From NCBI GenBank assembly GCA_041483195.1, contig JBGPFC010000001.1, forward strand, positions 64,001 through 128,000: DNA of 64,000 bases, in the 5' to 3' direction. The position numbers and the translations under genes were made by a program. The DNA is from Candidatus Eiseniibacteriota bacterium. Its GTDB lineage: Bacteria > Eisenbacteria > RBG-16-71-46. Under the pieces are notes generated by a model. The model made no database searches. It had not been told where the DNA came from and was given only the letters and a program-made list of their open reading frames with translations. Positions 38,086 to 48,491 of this stretch are shown in pieces (the stretch's first letter is position 1; every line of letters starts with the position of its first letter).

Positions 38086-39384
38086 ATGATCCCCGCCGCG
38101 GACGCAGCCCCCACCGATCGCGACCGGCGCCTCGCGGCGCGCGCGTGGTGTCTCTACGACTGGGCGAACTCGGCGTTCGCAACCACGGTGGTGGCCGCTG
38201 TGCTGCCGCCGTTCTTCGCGGCGATCGCCACCCACTCGATGCCCGCCCACCTCGCCACCGCGTGGTGGGGCTACGCGAGCGCCGCCGCGATGCTCGCCGC
38301 AGCGGTGGCCGGCCCGCTGCTCGGCGCGGCGGCCGATCGCGCGGGCCGGCGCAAGCCGCTGCTGGTCGGCTGCGTCGTGATCGGCGCGACCGCCACGTTT
38401 CTCATGGCGCTGGTTCCCGCCGGACAGTGGCACGGGCTGCTCGCGTGCTTCGCGATCGCGTTCATCGCGTTCGCCGCCGGCAACGTGCTCTACGATTCGC
38501 TGCTGCCGGCGGTCGCCGCGCCCGGCGAGATGCATCGCGTCTCGGCGCGTGGCTTCGCGTACGGCTACGCCGGCGGCGGGCTGCTGCTCGCGATCAACCT
38601 CGCGTGGATCCTGTTTCCCCGGCGCTTCGGACTCGCGGGCGTGGACGCCGCGACGCGGCTCTCGTTCGCGAGCGTCGCGCTGTGGTGGCTCGGCTTCTCG
38701 ATCCCGCTCTTCCGCCGCGTGCCGGAGCCTCCCGCCGCGGGCGCCGCGCCGGCCGCGCGCATCACGGGAAGCACGCTGGCCCAGGTGGCGCGCACGATCG
38801 CGCGCCTGCGCGAGCAGCCCGACCTGCTGCGATTCCTGATCGCGTTCTGGCTTTACAGCGACGGCATCGGCACCGTGGTCAAGATGGCGACCATCTACGG
38901 AAGCGAGGTCGGGATCGGGCGCAACGATCTGATCGGCGCGCTGCTCATGGTGCAGATCCTCGCCACCCCCGCGAGCCTCGCGTTCGGCAGGCTCGCGCGC
39001 CCGATCGGGCCGAAGGCCACCGTGGTGGTCGGGCTGCTCGGCTACGTCTGCATCAGCGTGCTCGGCTTCTTCATGTCGAGTCCCATCCACTTCTGGCTGC
39101 TGGCGGCGCTGGTCGCGATGTTCCAGGGCGGCACGCAGGCGCTCTCGCGCTCGATGTTCGCCTCGCTCGCGCCGCGGCGCCAGCTCTCCGAGATGTTCGG
39201 CTTCTACTCGGTGAGCGAAAAGCTGGCGGGCGTGATCGGTCCGCTGCTGTTCGGCCTGGTGGCGCAGGTCAGCGGGGCCGGGCGGTTCGCGGTGCTCACG
39301 CTCGTGCCGTTCCTCGCGGTGGGCGCGTGGCTGCTGACGACCGTGGACCTGGAGCGGGGAGCGAAGCGCGCGGCGGAAGTCTAG
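38086..39384 (+). CDS. MFS transporter (UMF1/Atg22-like)
   Basis: AWCLYDWANSAF, GNVLYDSLLP, GGTQALSRSMF, MFGFYSV. Confidence 0.92.
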   Translation: MIPAADAAPTDRDRRLAARAWCLYDWANSAFATTVVAAVLPPFFAAIATHSMPAHLATAWWGYASAAAMLAAAVAGPLLGAAADRAGRRKPLLVGCVVIGATATFLMALVPAGQWHGLLACFAIAFIAFAAGNVLYDSLLPAVAAPGEMHRVSARGFAYGYAGGGLLLAINLAWILFPRRFGLAGVDAATRLSFASVALWWLGFSIPLFRRVPEPPAAGAAPAARITGSTLAQVARTIARLREQPDLLRFLIAFWLYSDGIGTVVKMATIYGSEVGIGRNDLIGALLMVQILATPASLAFGRLARPIGPKATVVVGLLGYVCISVLGFFMSSPIHFWLLAALVAMFQGGTQALSRSMFASLAPRRQLSEMFGFYSVSEKLAGVIGPLLFGLVAQVSGAGRFAVLTLVPFLAVGAWLLTTVDLERGAKRAAEV

Positions 39385-39538
39385 GCGCGGCCGGGCCGCG
39401 ACCATGCCCCGCATCACCCCCCCGGCCGCCTGTTTGGCGTCAAGCGACCGGCGTTCCCTGCCGAAATACCCCCGGACAAGGTGCGCGACCCCACCCGTGC
39501 CCATGGCACCGCGCGCCGGATAAGCCGGAGAGGCAGGC

Positions 39539-40723
39539 ATGCGTTCTCGATACCTGGGACTACTGGGGTGTACTGCGCTCATCGCGATCGGGTTGCTGGC
39601 CGCGACCCGCGCGCGGGCCGTGGATTTCAAGGTGCACGGCACGCTCGATCTGGTGGCGGACGAGTACAGCGAGGCGTACGACTTCAACCTGCTCACCCGC
39701 GGCGACTCGCCATTCGACGCCTTCGGGCTCCGCCTGTTCGCCGACTCGCAGCTCAACCCCCGGCTCCAGCTCTTCACGCAGTTCGTCGCGCGCGACGCCA
39801 TCGCGCCGTATGTGGATGGCGCCTACGTGAGCTTTACGCCGAGCCCGGGCCGCGACCTGCACCTGCTCGCGGGCAAGGTGCCGTGGGCGATCGGCACCTA
39901 CGCGCCGCGCACCTATTCGAACAAGAACCCGCTGATCGGAACTCCGCTCATGTACCAGTATCACACGACGCTCGTCTGGTACGAGATCGCGCCGAGCGCA
40001 GACAAGCTGCTCGCGACCGCGGGATCGGGCCAGTACGGCATCAACTACTTCGGATATGCGGAAGGCCTCGGCATGCCGCTGGTGGACGACTCGTACTGGG
40101 ACACGGGCGCGACGCTCGTGGGGAGCGCACGCCCGATCGAGTACGCGCTCGGCATGGGCCTCGGCACCCCGGGTTGGGGCAACACGACCCAGGACGAGAA
40201 CGCGGGAAAAACGGTGCTCGGCAGGCTCGGGCTCGCGCCCATGCCGTGGGTGCGGGTCGGCGTCTCCGGCGCCTACGGGCCATACATCGTCCAGTCGAAG
40301 AACCCGAAGCTGCCGGCGGACCACACCGTTGCCGACTATCACCAGAAGCTCGGGATGGCCGACGCCGAGTTGCAGATCGGGCACCTCGAGGCGCGCGCCG
40401 AAGCCGCTCGCAACATCTGGGAGACGCCGAGGCTGGGCCTGCTCGGCGTGAGCAGCGGCTACGCCGAGCTCAAGTACACGCTCTCGTGCGGCGGGTTCGT
40501 GGCCGGACGCGGCGACGCGATTCGCTTCGGCAAGATCAGCGACTCGGCCGGCACCGTGCGCACCTGGGATTCGAACGTGACGCGAATCGAAGGCGGGATC
40601 GGCTACCGCTTCGATCGCCAGACGATCGCAAAGGTCGTCTACCAGCAGACGATCATCGAGCGCTTCGGCCGCGAGGACCGCAGGCTCCCGCTGGTGGCGG
40701 CGCAGCTCTCGGTCGGGTTCTAG
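39539..40723 (+). CDS. putative outer-membrane beta-barrel (porin-like)
   Basis: Signal peptide, amphipathic beta strands, C-terminal AQLSVGF. Confidence 0.75.
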   Translation: MRSRYLGLLGCTALIAIGLLAATRARAVDFKVHGTLDLVADEYSEAYDFNLLTRGDSPFDAFGLRLFADSQLNPRLQLFTQFVARDAIAPYVDGAYVSFTPSPGRDLHLLAGKVPWAIGTYAPRTYSNKNPLIGTPLMYQYHTTLVWYEIAPSADKLLATAGSGQYGINYFGYAEGLGMPLVDDSYWDTGATLVGSARPIEYALGMGLGTPGWGNTTQDENAGKTVLGRLGLAPMPWVRVGVSGAYGPYIVQSKNPKLPADHTVADYHQKLGMADAELQIGHLEARAEAARNIWETPRLGLLGVSSGYAELKYTLSCGGFVAGRGDAIRFGKISDSAGTVRTWDSNVTRIEGGIGYRFDRQTIAKVVYQQTIIERFGREDRRLPLVAAQLSVGF

Positions 40724-40764
40724 GGCGAACGCCGCGCCCGCGGCGCCTCGCACACGCCGAATCT

Positions 40765-41787
40765 CTAGCGTCCGCCGCGCTTCTTTCCCTTCGCGACGCG
40801 CTTCGCCGCGGCCTTCGTTCCCGCCGCGCGCCCCGCGATCGCGGCCTCGGCTTCCTTCCAGTCGGCGGCGGTCAGGTCGAGGTCGATCGCCTTGAGATTT
40901 TCCTCGAGCTGCTCGATCCGCGTCGCGCCGATGATGGCGCTCGAAACGGCCGGCTCCTTCAGCACCCACGCGAGCGCCACCGGCGCGGGCCCCGGCAGCC
41001 GGCGCTTCGCGACCCACGCCGCGAAACGCTCGGCGGCGACGACGTTCTCCGGCGTGAGCGCCTTCTCGGCGGTGAGGAAATGCGCGAACGCCGTGGTGGC
41101 GCGGCTGCCCTTCGGCGTCGCGCCGCCCGCGTACTTGTTGGTGAGCACGCCCTGCGCGAGCGGCGAGTAAACGATCATCCCGATCCCGTGCTTGCGGCAG
41201 AAGGCGACGTGCTCGGCCTCGACGTGGCGATCGATCAGGCTGTAGCGCGGCTGGCTCGAGATCATGGCGTCCCATCCGCGCGCCTTCTGGATCGCGACCA
41301 CCTGGCGCGCCAGCGCGGGCTCGTGATCGAAGTTGGAGAAGCCGACGTAGCGCGTCTTCCCCATGCGCACCAGGTCCTCGAACGCGCGCAGCGTCTCTTC
41401 GATCGGCGAGTCCTTGTGCGGCGCGTGCGCCTGGTAGAGGTCGACGTAGTCGACACCCAGCCGCTTCAGGCTCTGGTCCATCGCGTCGAAGATGTGCTTG
41501 CGCGAGAGCCCCGCGCCGAGCGGGCCCTCCCACACCCGTCCCATCACCTTGGTCGCGATCACGAGCTGCTCGCGCGGCAGGCCGGTGATCGCCTTGCCGA
41601 GCACGGTCTCGGCCGCCCCGCGCACGTACACGTCGGCGGTGTCGAACAGGTTGATGCCCAGCTCGAACGCGCGCCGCACGATCGAGATCGCGTCGGACTC
41701 GTCCACCGATCCGCCGTAGGTGGTCCATGAGCCGAGCGCGAGCTCGGAAACCTTGAGGCCGGTGCTGCCGAGGCTGCGATATTTCAT
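40765..41787 (-). CDS. aldo/keto reductase (Kv-beta-like)
   Basis: LGSTGLKVSELALG, FDTADVY, IATK, YVDLYQAH, YSPLAQGVL. Confidence 0.95.
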   Translation of the reverse strand: MKYRSLGSTGLKVSELALGSWTTYGGSVDESDAISIVRRAFELGINLFDTADVYVRGAAETVLGKAITGLPREQLVIATKVMGRVWEGPLGAGLSRKHIFDAMDQSLKRLGVDYVDLYQAHAPHKDSPIEETLRAFEDLVRMGKTRYVGFSNFDHEPALARQVVAIQKARGWDAMISSQPRYSLIDRHVEAEHVAFCRKHGIGMIVYSPLAQGVLTNKYAGGATPKGSRATTAFAHFLTAEKALTPENVVAAERFAAWVAKRRLPGPAPVALAWVLKEPAVSSAIIGATRIEQLEENLKAIDLDLTAADWKEAEAAIAGRAAGTKAAAKRVAKGKKRGGR

Positions 41788-41827
41788 GCGTGCTCCGTGA
41801 CTCGGGTGTGGGTGGGCACGTGCGGAA

Positions 41828-42616
41828 TCAGCGCGGCGGGCGCGGCGCGGCGAACGGCGGCTGCGATTCCGCCGCCGCCATGTCGTCGGCGGCGAAGTAG
41901 CTCACGACGGTTTCCTTCATGCCCGGCCGCGTGTACACGTCGGCGCGCGGGCGCTCGATCACGCCCGCGATCACGTCGGCGACGTCCTCGACCGTCTGCG
42001 CGTTCGGGAACGACCGGGAATCGATTCCGCCGCCCAGCGCGTGCATCCCGAACTCGGTCGCGACCACGCCGGGCGAGACGAGCGAGACGTGGATGCCGGG
42101 GTATTTCTCGCGCAGGTCCATGCGCAGGTTGGCGGTGAGCGAGTTGAGCGCGTGCTTGGCGGCGCTGTAGGCCGAGCGCATCGTGGCGAACGGCACGCGG
42201 CCCAGCATCGAGGACAGGTTGATGATGTGCCCGCGCCCGCGCTCCTGAAAGTGGGGCAGCACGGTCTGCATGCCGTAGAGCGCGGACTTCACGTTGACGC
42301 GCATCATCTCGTCGAACTCTTCGTCGGTGAGATCGGAGACCGGTCGCGTGATGCCGCGCCCGGCGTTGTTGACCCACACGTCGATCTGGCCGAAGCGCTC
42401 GATCGCGGCGTCGAACACGCGCTTCACGTCCAAGCGGCAGGTGACGTCGGCGACCACCGCCAGCGCGTTCGGACCCGACTGCGCAGCGGCCGCGCGCAAC
42501 TCGGCCTCGCGGCGCGCGGCGAGCACCACGCGCGCGCCGTCGCGTCCCATGCGCCGGGCGAGCGCGGCCCCGATGCCGCCGCTGCCGCCGGTGATGACGA
42601 TCACGAGGTCGTTCAT
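41828..42616 (-). CDS. SDR family oxidoreductase
   Basis: TGGSGGIG, NNAG, YSAAK. Confidence 0.93.
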   Translation of the reverse strand: MNDLVIVITGGSGGIGAALARRMGRDGARVVLAARREAELRAAAAQSGPNALAVVADVTCRLDVKRVFDAAIERFGQIDVWVNNAGRGITRPVSDLTDEEFDEMMRVNVKSALYGMQTVLPHFQERGRGHIINLSSMLGRVPFATMRSAYSAAKHALNSLTANLRMDLREKYPGIHVSLVSPGVVATEFGMHALGGGIDSRSFPNAQTVEDVADVIAGVIERPRADVYTRPGMKETVVSYFAADDMAAAESQPPFAAPRPPR

Positions 42617-42626
42617 TCTGCGAACT

Positions 42627-43814
42627 CTACCGAGGATGCCCGGCCCCGTCCAACGCGGCGTCCCTTCGTCTCGCAAGGATTACCGATCCCGCCACCAGCA
42701 GTAGCCCGGCGAGTAGTCCCGCGACGGCCCGCGTGGACATGGGGACGGCGGTGGAACACGCGTCATTTGACACGACGGCGTCGGGCTCGGTGATGCTCGC
42801 CAGCGAGACGCCGGGATCCAGAAGCACCTGGCCGCGAATGTGAATCTCGCCTCCTGGCGCGGCGATGACGGTGGAACCCGCCGCGTTGCCTCGCAAGTCG
42901 ATCGGCGTCTCCATGTCTCCGCCATCGATGCACACGAGTCTCCCTGCGAGGATCTGACCGGGAACCATGTTCCTCAGGCTGATCTCCCCACCCGGTGCCC
43001 CGAGCAACTCGATGGCCTCGCCCGTCTGGCGATCATTCTGAGCGAGAACGATCTGACGCGGGGCTTGCGTGACCGCGCTTCCTCCGGCTCCATTCGTCGC
43101 GGTCCCCGCGCCTCCGCTGCCTCCCTCATTCGTGCCCCCCATCGCGGCATCGCGCCCCTTGTTGGTGACGCTGCCTCCCCTCCCGCCTGCCGAGTTCGCG
43201 CTGGTGCTGGGTCCGCCACCACCTCCGGTTTCCCTGCCATCGTTTCGCACCGCGTCCCCGGTGACGGTCACGCTCCCACCGTCACCCCCCTGTTGCCCGC
43301 CCGCGCCCTCACCGCCACGGAGGTACGCGCTGTTGGCCAGCGTTACGTTGCCGGTCGTGCTCGTTAGCGTGACGGACCCTCCATGGAGACTTCCGACCCC
43401 GCCATCCATACCTCGGACCGTATTGCCCGTGCCGACGCTGATGTCCTTCTCGGCGGTGATCTGGACGCCTGCGCCAGCTTCGTTGCCCAGGATGATGGTG
43501 GATGGAGGGTTACTCGGGTCACTATTCGCGAGTATAAGTGAATTGACGCGCTTGAGGACCCGCGTGGTCGTGATCCATCCGGAATTCCCTGGGATGACGA
43601 CGTCGTGATTTGGGGCCGGCGCGACCCCGGCACTCCAATTGCCACCGGTCTCCCACTTGCCGTCGGACGTCGCGCCCGTCCAGGTGTTGGCGACCAGTTG
43701 CGCCTGGGCCGGGCTGGAGCCGGAGACTGCGGTCAGGATCAACAGACCACATGATTGAAGGGTGACGCCGAACATCCGTCGTGCGGCTCTTGTGACTGAA
43801 AATCGCGTACGCAT
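42627..43814 (-). CDS. Gly-rich secreted or surface protein with an exosortase-type C-terminal signal
   Basis: AAGGAGG RBS; signal peptide; WTGATSDGKWETGGNWSAG; GGxGGSV repeats; C-terminal VPMSTRAVAGLLAGLLLVAGSVILARRR. Confidence 0.75.
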   Translation of the reverse strand: MRTRFSVTRAARRMFGVTLQSCGLLILTAVSGSSPAQAQLVANTWTGATSDGKWETGGNWSAGVAPAPNHDVVIPGNSGWITTTRVLKRVNSLILANSDPSNPPSTIILGNEAGAGVQITAEKDISVGTGNTVRGMDGGVGSLHGGSVTLTSTTGNVTLANSAYLRGGEGAGGQQGGDGGSVTVTGDAVRNDGRETGGGGGPSTSANSAGGRGGSVTNKGRDAAMGGTNEGGSGGAGTATNGAGGSAVTQAPRQIVLAQNDRQTGEAIELLGAPGGEISLRNMVPGQILAGRLVCIDGGDMETPIDLRGNAAGSTVIAAPGGEIHIRGQVLLDPGVSLASITEPDAVVSNDACSTAVPMSTRAVAGLLAGLLLVAGSVILARRRDAALDGAGHPR

Positions 43815-44181
43815 CAGACCCCTCCTTGCGCCAAGCAGTCGGGATCGATGCTCGGGCTCGCTCATGGAGCATCGATCGCATGCCGGCGCGCCGGGTCGCC
43901 GGGGCCCGGCTAGCGCTGCAAGACAAGTGCCCGCCCACCATGCGCCACCGTCGTTCTTGGAAGGGGCTCGGGACCAACGGATTGCGTCGGCCTCCTCTCG
44001 CCTCGAGGAATGCGTCCGGGGCTTCGCCCTGTCAGCCCAGCACCACGTACGGCCGATTCTGTCAGTCCGGCGGCCGATGCATTCGTGCCCGTGACTCCCG
44101 GGCGAACTCGCGCGCACGATCCTCGTTGGCGGACCTTCGAACCGGTGTACTTGAGAGAGCGGCTCGCGTTACTCTCCCCGC

Positions 44182-46515
44182 ATGACTCCCCGCCCCACGC
44201 ATTCCAGCGGTGGCCGCTTTCGCCTGCGCGATCTCATCCCGATCGGCCAGGGACGCCACCCGCGGCCGCGGCCCTACCTCGAAATGATCCAGATCGCGTG
44301 GGAGAACCGCGACAACCTGCCCTACGCGTGGCGGATCCTCACCCGCGGCGTGTGCGACGGCTGCTCGCTCGGGCCGCGCGGCCTGCGCGACGACGTGATC
44401 TCGGGCGTCCACCTGTGCATGACGCGCCTCAAGCTGCTCCGCCTGAACACCATGGGCCCGATCCCGGACGATCGCTTGCGCGATCTCGGGCCGCTGCGCG
44501 CGATGAGCAACGAGGCGCTCCACCAGCTGGGGCGCCTCCCCTATCCCCTCATCCATCGCGCGGGCAGCGACACGCTCCATCGCCTGTCGTGGGACGAGGC
44601 GTTCGCGATCGTGCGCGAGGAGCTGGAAGCGGTGCCGGGCGAGCGCATGGGATTCTTCGCGACCTCGCGCGGGCTGGTGAACGAGACTTACTACGCGTTC
44701 CAGAAGGTGGCGCGGCTGCTCGGCAGCAATCACGTGGACCTCTGCGCGCGGCTCTGTCACGCGGCGAGCGTGGCGGGGCTCAAGGAGACGCTCGGGGTTC
44801 CGGCGCCGACCTGCTCGCTGAAGGACATGATCGGCGCCGACCTGGTGGTGATCATGGGCTCCCACCTCGCGAACAATCAGCCGGTCACGATGAAGTACCT
44901 GTGCTATGCGAAGCGGCGGGGCACCAGGATCGTGGTCGTGAACCCGATGCGCGAGCCGGGGCTCGAGCGCTACTGGGTGCCGAGCGACGTGCGCAGCGCG
45001 CTGTTCGGCACCAGGCTCATGGACGACTTCTTCCAGGTGGGCGTGGGCGGCGACATCGCGTTCATGCACGGCGTGCTCAAGCAACTGATCGCGCACGAGT
45101 GGCTCGACGGAGAATTCATCGCGCGCCGCACCAGCGGGTTCGACGAGCTGCGCGAGCTGGTCCAGGGCATTACCTGGGAGACGCTCGAGCGCGAATCGGG
45201 CCTGGGCCGGGGCGACATGCTGCGCTTCGCGGAGCGTTACGCGCGGGCGAAGACCGCGGTGTTCGTGTACAGCATGGGTCTCACCCAGCACCGCTTCGGC
45301 GTGGACAACGTGAAGGCGCTGGTCAACCTCGCGCTCGCGCGCGGCATGCTGGGGCGCGAGAAGTGCGGCGTCATGCCGATCCGCGGGCATTCCGGGGTGC
45401 AGGGTGGCGGCGAGTGCGGGGTGGATCCCGACAAGTACCCGGGCGGCTTCGAGGTCGCGCACTCGGAAGACCGCGCGCGGTTCGAGGAGTTGTGGGGCGC
45501 GCCGCTGCCCGCGTGGAAGGGCAAGCGCACGCTCCAGATGCTCGAGGCCGCGCACCAGGGCGCGATCGACTTCCTCTACTCGCTGGGCGGCAACCTGCTC
45601 GAGACCATGCCCGACCGCGCCTACATGCAGGAGGCGCTCGCGCGCGTGAAGCTGCGCGTCCACCAGGACATCGTGCTCAACACCTCGTCGCTGCTCGCGG
45701 GGCGCGCCGTGATCCTGCTGCCAGCGCAGACCCGATACGAGACCCCGGGCGGCGGCACCGCCACCAGCACCGAGCGCCGCATCCGGTTCACGCCCGAGAT
45801 CGAAGGGCCGCGCATCGCCGAGGCACGGCCCGAGTGGGAGATCCCGGTGCGGCTCGCGATCGCGGCGCGTCCCGCGCTCGCCGCGCGCTTCGCGTGGCGC
45901 GGCACCCCCGACATCCGCGCCGAGATGGCGCGCGCGATGCCGCTCTACGCCGGGATCGAATCGCTCGCGGGCGAGGGGCAGTGGGTGCAGTGGGGCGGCG
46001 AGCGGCTCTTCACCGACGGGTTCACGCGCATGCCCGATGGGCGCGCGCGCTTCACGCCGGTCGCGTTGCCCTCGATCGCGATCCCGCCCGGGAAGTTCTA
46101 CCTCACGACGCGGCGCGGGAAGCAGTTCAACAGCATGAGCTGGGGACAGCGCGACCTGCTGATGGGCAGCCCGACGCGCCGCGACGTGTTGATGTGCGCG
46201 GAGGACGCGCGCGGCATGGGCGTCGAGGACGGCGCCGCGATCGTGCTGCGCTCCGAGGTCGGCGAGTGGAGCGGCATCGCGCGGCTCGCGCCGATGAAGC
46301 CGCGGCACGTGCAGGCCTACTGGCCAGAGACCAACGTGCTGATTTCACGCCGCTTTGACCCGGTCTCTGGCGAGCCCGACTACAATGCCATGGTGACCAT
46401 CGAGCCTGCCGGGGCGCTCCCCGGCACGACCCCCGCGCCGGTCGAGAACGCGCGGCGCGCATCGGCCACCGAGCCATCGCCCGCCATGGCGCACGCCGAG
46501 GGCAAGGCGCGCTGA
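44182..46515 (+). CDS. FdhF/YdeP-family molybdopterin oxidoreductase (Cys ligand)
   Basis: CDGCSLG, HLCMTRL, CARLCHAAS, PIRGHSGVQG, STERR, TRRGKQFNS. Confidence 0.92.
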   Translation: MTPRPTHSSGGRFRLRDLIPIGQGRHPRPRPYLEMIQIAWENRDNLPYAWRILTRGVCDGCSLGPRGLRDDVISGVHLCMTRLKLLRLNTMGPIPDDRLRDLGPLRAMSNEALHQLGRLPYPLIHRAGSDTLHRLSWDEAFAIVREELEAVPGERMGFFATSRGLVNETYYAFQKVARLLGSNHVDLCARLCHAASVAGLKETLGVPAPTCSLKDMIGADLVVIMGSHLANNQPVTMKYLCYAKRRGTRIVVVNPMREPGLERYWVPSDVRSALFGTRLMDDFFQVGVGGDIAFMHGVLKQLIAHEWLDGEFIARRTSGFDELRELVQGITWETLERESGLGRGDMLRFAERYARAKTAVFVYSMGLTQHRFGVDNVKALVNLALARGMLGREKCGVMPIRGHSGVQGGGECGVDPDKYPGGFEVAHSEDRARFEELWGAPLPAWKGKRTLQMLEAAHQGAIDFLYSLGGNLLETMPDRAYMQEALARVKLRVHQDIVLNTSSLLAGRAVILLPAQTRYETPGGGTATSTERRIRFTPEIEGPRIAEARPEWEIPVRLAIAARPALAARFAWRGTPDIRAEMARAMPLYAGIESLAGEGQWVQWGGERLFTDGFTRMPDGRARFTPVALPSIAIPPGKFYLTTRRGKQFNSMSWGQRDLLMGSPTRRDVLMCAEDARGMGVEDGAAIVLRSEVGEWSGIARLAPMKPRHVQAYWPETNVLISRRFDPVSGEPDYNAMVTIEPAGALPGTTPAPVENARRASATEPSPAMAHAEGKAR

Positions 46516-46550
46516 GCGCCGGCCGCCATCCCCTTCCGGAGGAATGTTTC

Positions 46551-47471
46551 GTGACGACGACCCGGCCGCGACGCTCCCTGCTGTGGATGTCGCTCGTCTG
46601 CGCGCTGTGCGCGCCGGGGATCCCGGCCGCCGCGCCGGCCGAGCACACGAAGGCCGCAGACAAGCCCGGCGCCGCCGCGCCCGACCTCGCCGAGTACCAG
46701 AAGTTTCTCGACGACTACCTCACCGTGATCTCGGCGAAGGGCGAGCCCATCGATACGCGCTTCGACTACGAGAGGCTCTACGATGTGCGCGGGCGCTACG
46801 AGCGCCTCGCGCGCATCAAGCGCGGGCTGATGAGCGTGCCGCCCTCCCGGATGAGCGACGCCGCGCGCAAGGCGTGGGCGATCAACCTGTACAACTTCAC
46901 GGTGATCGAGAGCGGCACCAACAACCTGCTGGTGCCGGATCGCGGGCGCCTGCGTCACAAGACCCTGCGCGAGATCCGCCTGCGCGGGGGGAACTTCTTC
47001 GAGGCGCCGGTGATCGACGTCGAGGGCGTGACGTATTCGCTCGACGAATTCGAGCGCCACTTCCTGCTCGCCGACTTCGATCGCGACTCGGGCGGCGGTC
47101 CGCCCGCCGCGCTCGATCCGCGCGTGCACTTCGCGGTCGTGTGCGGCGCCCTGGGCTGCCCGCCGCTGCTGCCGCGCGCCTACCGGGGCGACTCGCTCGA
47201 GATCCAGCTCGAATTCGCGACCCGCAACGCGCTCGGGCTGGAGCGCCACCTGCGCATCGGCGGCAAGGCCCGCCGGCTCGAGGCGAGCGAGATCTTCCAC
47301 TGGTACGCCGCCGACTTCGGCGGCCTCGCGAAGGCCTTCGAATTCCTGAAGGCGCACGCGACGCCCGCGATGCGCAAGGCGATCCAGGCGGGGGGCTACA
47401 CCGGCATCACGGGCATCATCCCGTGGGACTGGAACCTGAATCAGACCGTGCACAAGAAGACGACCGGCTGA
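46551..47471 (+). CDS. DUF547 domain protein, exported
   Basis: AWAINLYN, SLDEFE, DPRVHFAVVCGALGCPPL, SEIFHWYAADF, WDWNLN. Confidence 0.9.
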   Translation: MTTTRPRRSLLWMSLVCALCAPGIPAAAPAEHTKAADKPGAAAPDLAEYQKFLDDYLTVISAKGEPIDTRFDYERLYDVRGRYERLARIKRGLMSVPPSRMSDAARKAWAINLYNFTVIESGTNNLLVPDRGRLRHKTLREIRLRGGNFFEAPVIDVEGVTYSLDEFERHFLLADFDRDSGGGPPAALDPRVHFAVVCGALGCPPLLPRAYRGDSLEIQLEFATRNALGLERHLRIGGKARRLEASEIFHWYAADFGGLAKAFEFLKAHATPAMRKAIQAGGYTGITGIIPWDWNLNQTVHKKTTG

Positions 47472-47480
47472 GCGAGGCTC

Positions 47481-48491
47481 CTAGCTCCGTCCCATCGCCC
47501 GGAGCGCGACCCACACCAGCGCCGCGACCGCACCGGCGGCCGGCATCGTGAGGAACCACGCCCACACGATGCGGCCCGCCACGCCCCACTTCACCGCAGA
47601 GAGCTTCTGCGTCGCGCTCACCCCGACCCCGAGAATCGATCCGGTGATGGTGTGCGTGGTCGAGACCGGAATCCCCGCGGTGCTCGCGGCAAACAGCGAG
47701 ATCGCGCCGGCGGTCTCCGCGCAGAATCCGCCCACCGGCTGGAGCTTGGTGATGTTCATGCCCATGGTCTTCACGATCCGCCAGCCGCCCGTGAGCGTGC
47801 CCAGCCCGATCGCGCCGTAGCTCGCGACGATCACCCACATCGGCACGTGGAACGCGCCGGTGAGATTGCCGGTGGAGTAGAGCAGCGCGGTGATGATCCC
47901 GGCGGTCTTCTGCGCGTCGTTCGAGCCGTGGCCGAGGCTGAACGCCGCGGCGGAGACCAGCTGGAGCCGCCGGAACCACGAATCCACGGCGCGCGGCGTG
48001 GCTCGCCGGAAGATCCACATCACGGCCAGCATGCTGAGGAATCCGAGGATCAGCCCCAGCACCGGCGAAACCACGATGAAGATCGCGGTCTTGGTGACGC
48101 CCGAGGCGACCACCGCGGTCGGCCCGTGCGAGACGAGCGCAGCGCCCACGAAGCCGCCGATCAGCGCGTGCGAAGAGGAGGTGGGCAGACCCAGCCACCA
48201 GGTCAGAAGGTTCCAGGCGAGCGCCGCGATCAGCGCCGCGAACACGATCGCGGGCGTCACGATCGCGGGATCGACCGTGCCCTTGGCGATGGTCTTTGCG
48301 ACGTGCACGCCGAAGATCGCGAACGCGATGAAGTTGAAGAACGCCGCCCACACCACCGCCTGCCGCGGCGACAGCACGCGGGTGCTCACCACCGTGGCGA
48401 TCGAGTTGGCGGCGTCGTGGAAGCCGTTGCTGAAGTCGAAGAGCAGCGCGACCGCGATGATCGCGGCGACGGCGAGCGGCAGCCCGAACAT
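47481..48491 (-). CDS. pit: inorganic phosphate transporter (PiT family)
   Basis: NGFHDAANSIAT, GLPTSSSHAL, HGSNDAQK, PVSTTH. Confidence 0.95.
   Translation of the reverse strand: MFGLPLAVAAIIAVALLFDFSNGFHDAANSIATVVSTRVLSPRQAVVWAAFFNFIAFAIFGVHVAKTIAKGTVDPAIVTPAIVFAALIAALAWNLLTWWLGLPTSSSHALIGGFVGAALVSHGPTAVVASGVTKTAIFIVVSPVLGLILGFLSMLAVMWIFRRATPRAVDSWFRRLQLVSAAAFSLGHGSNDAQKTAGIITALLYSTGNLTGAFHVPMWVIVASYGAIGLGTLTGGWRIVKTMGMNITKLQPVGGFCAETAGAISLFAASTAGIPVSTTHTITGSILGVGVSATQKLSAVKWGVAGRIVWAWFLTMPAAGAVAALVWVALRAMGRS

Noticed and set aside
44182..46515. FdhF-like gene as a Sec-containing formate dehydrogenase
   Set aside because: ORF is uninterrupted and the ligand position is Cys (RLCH, TGT); YdeP-like subfamily.
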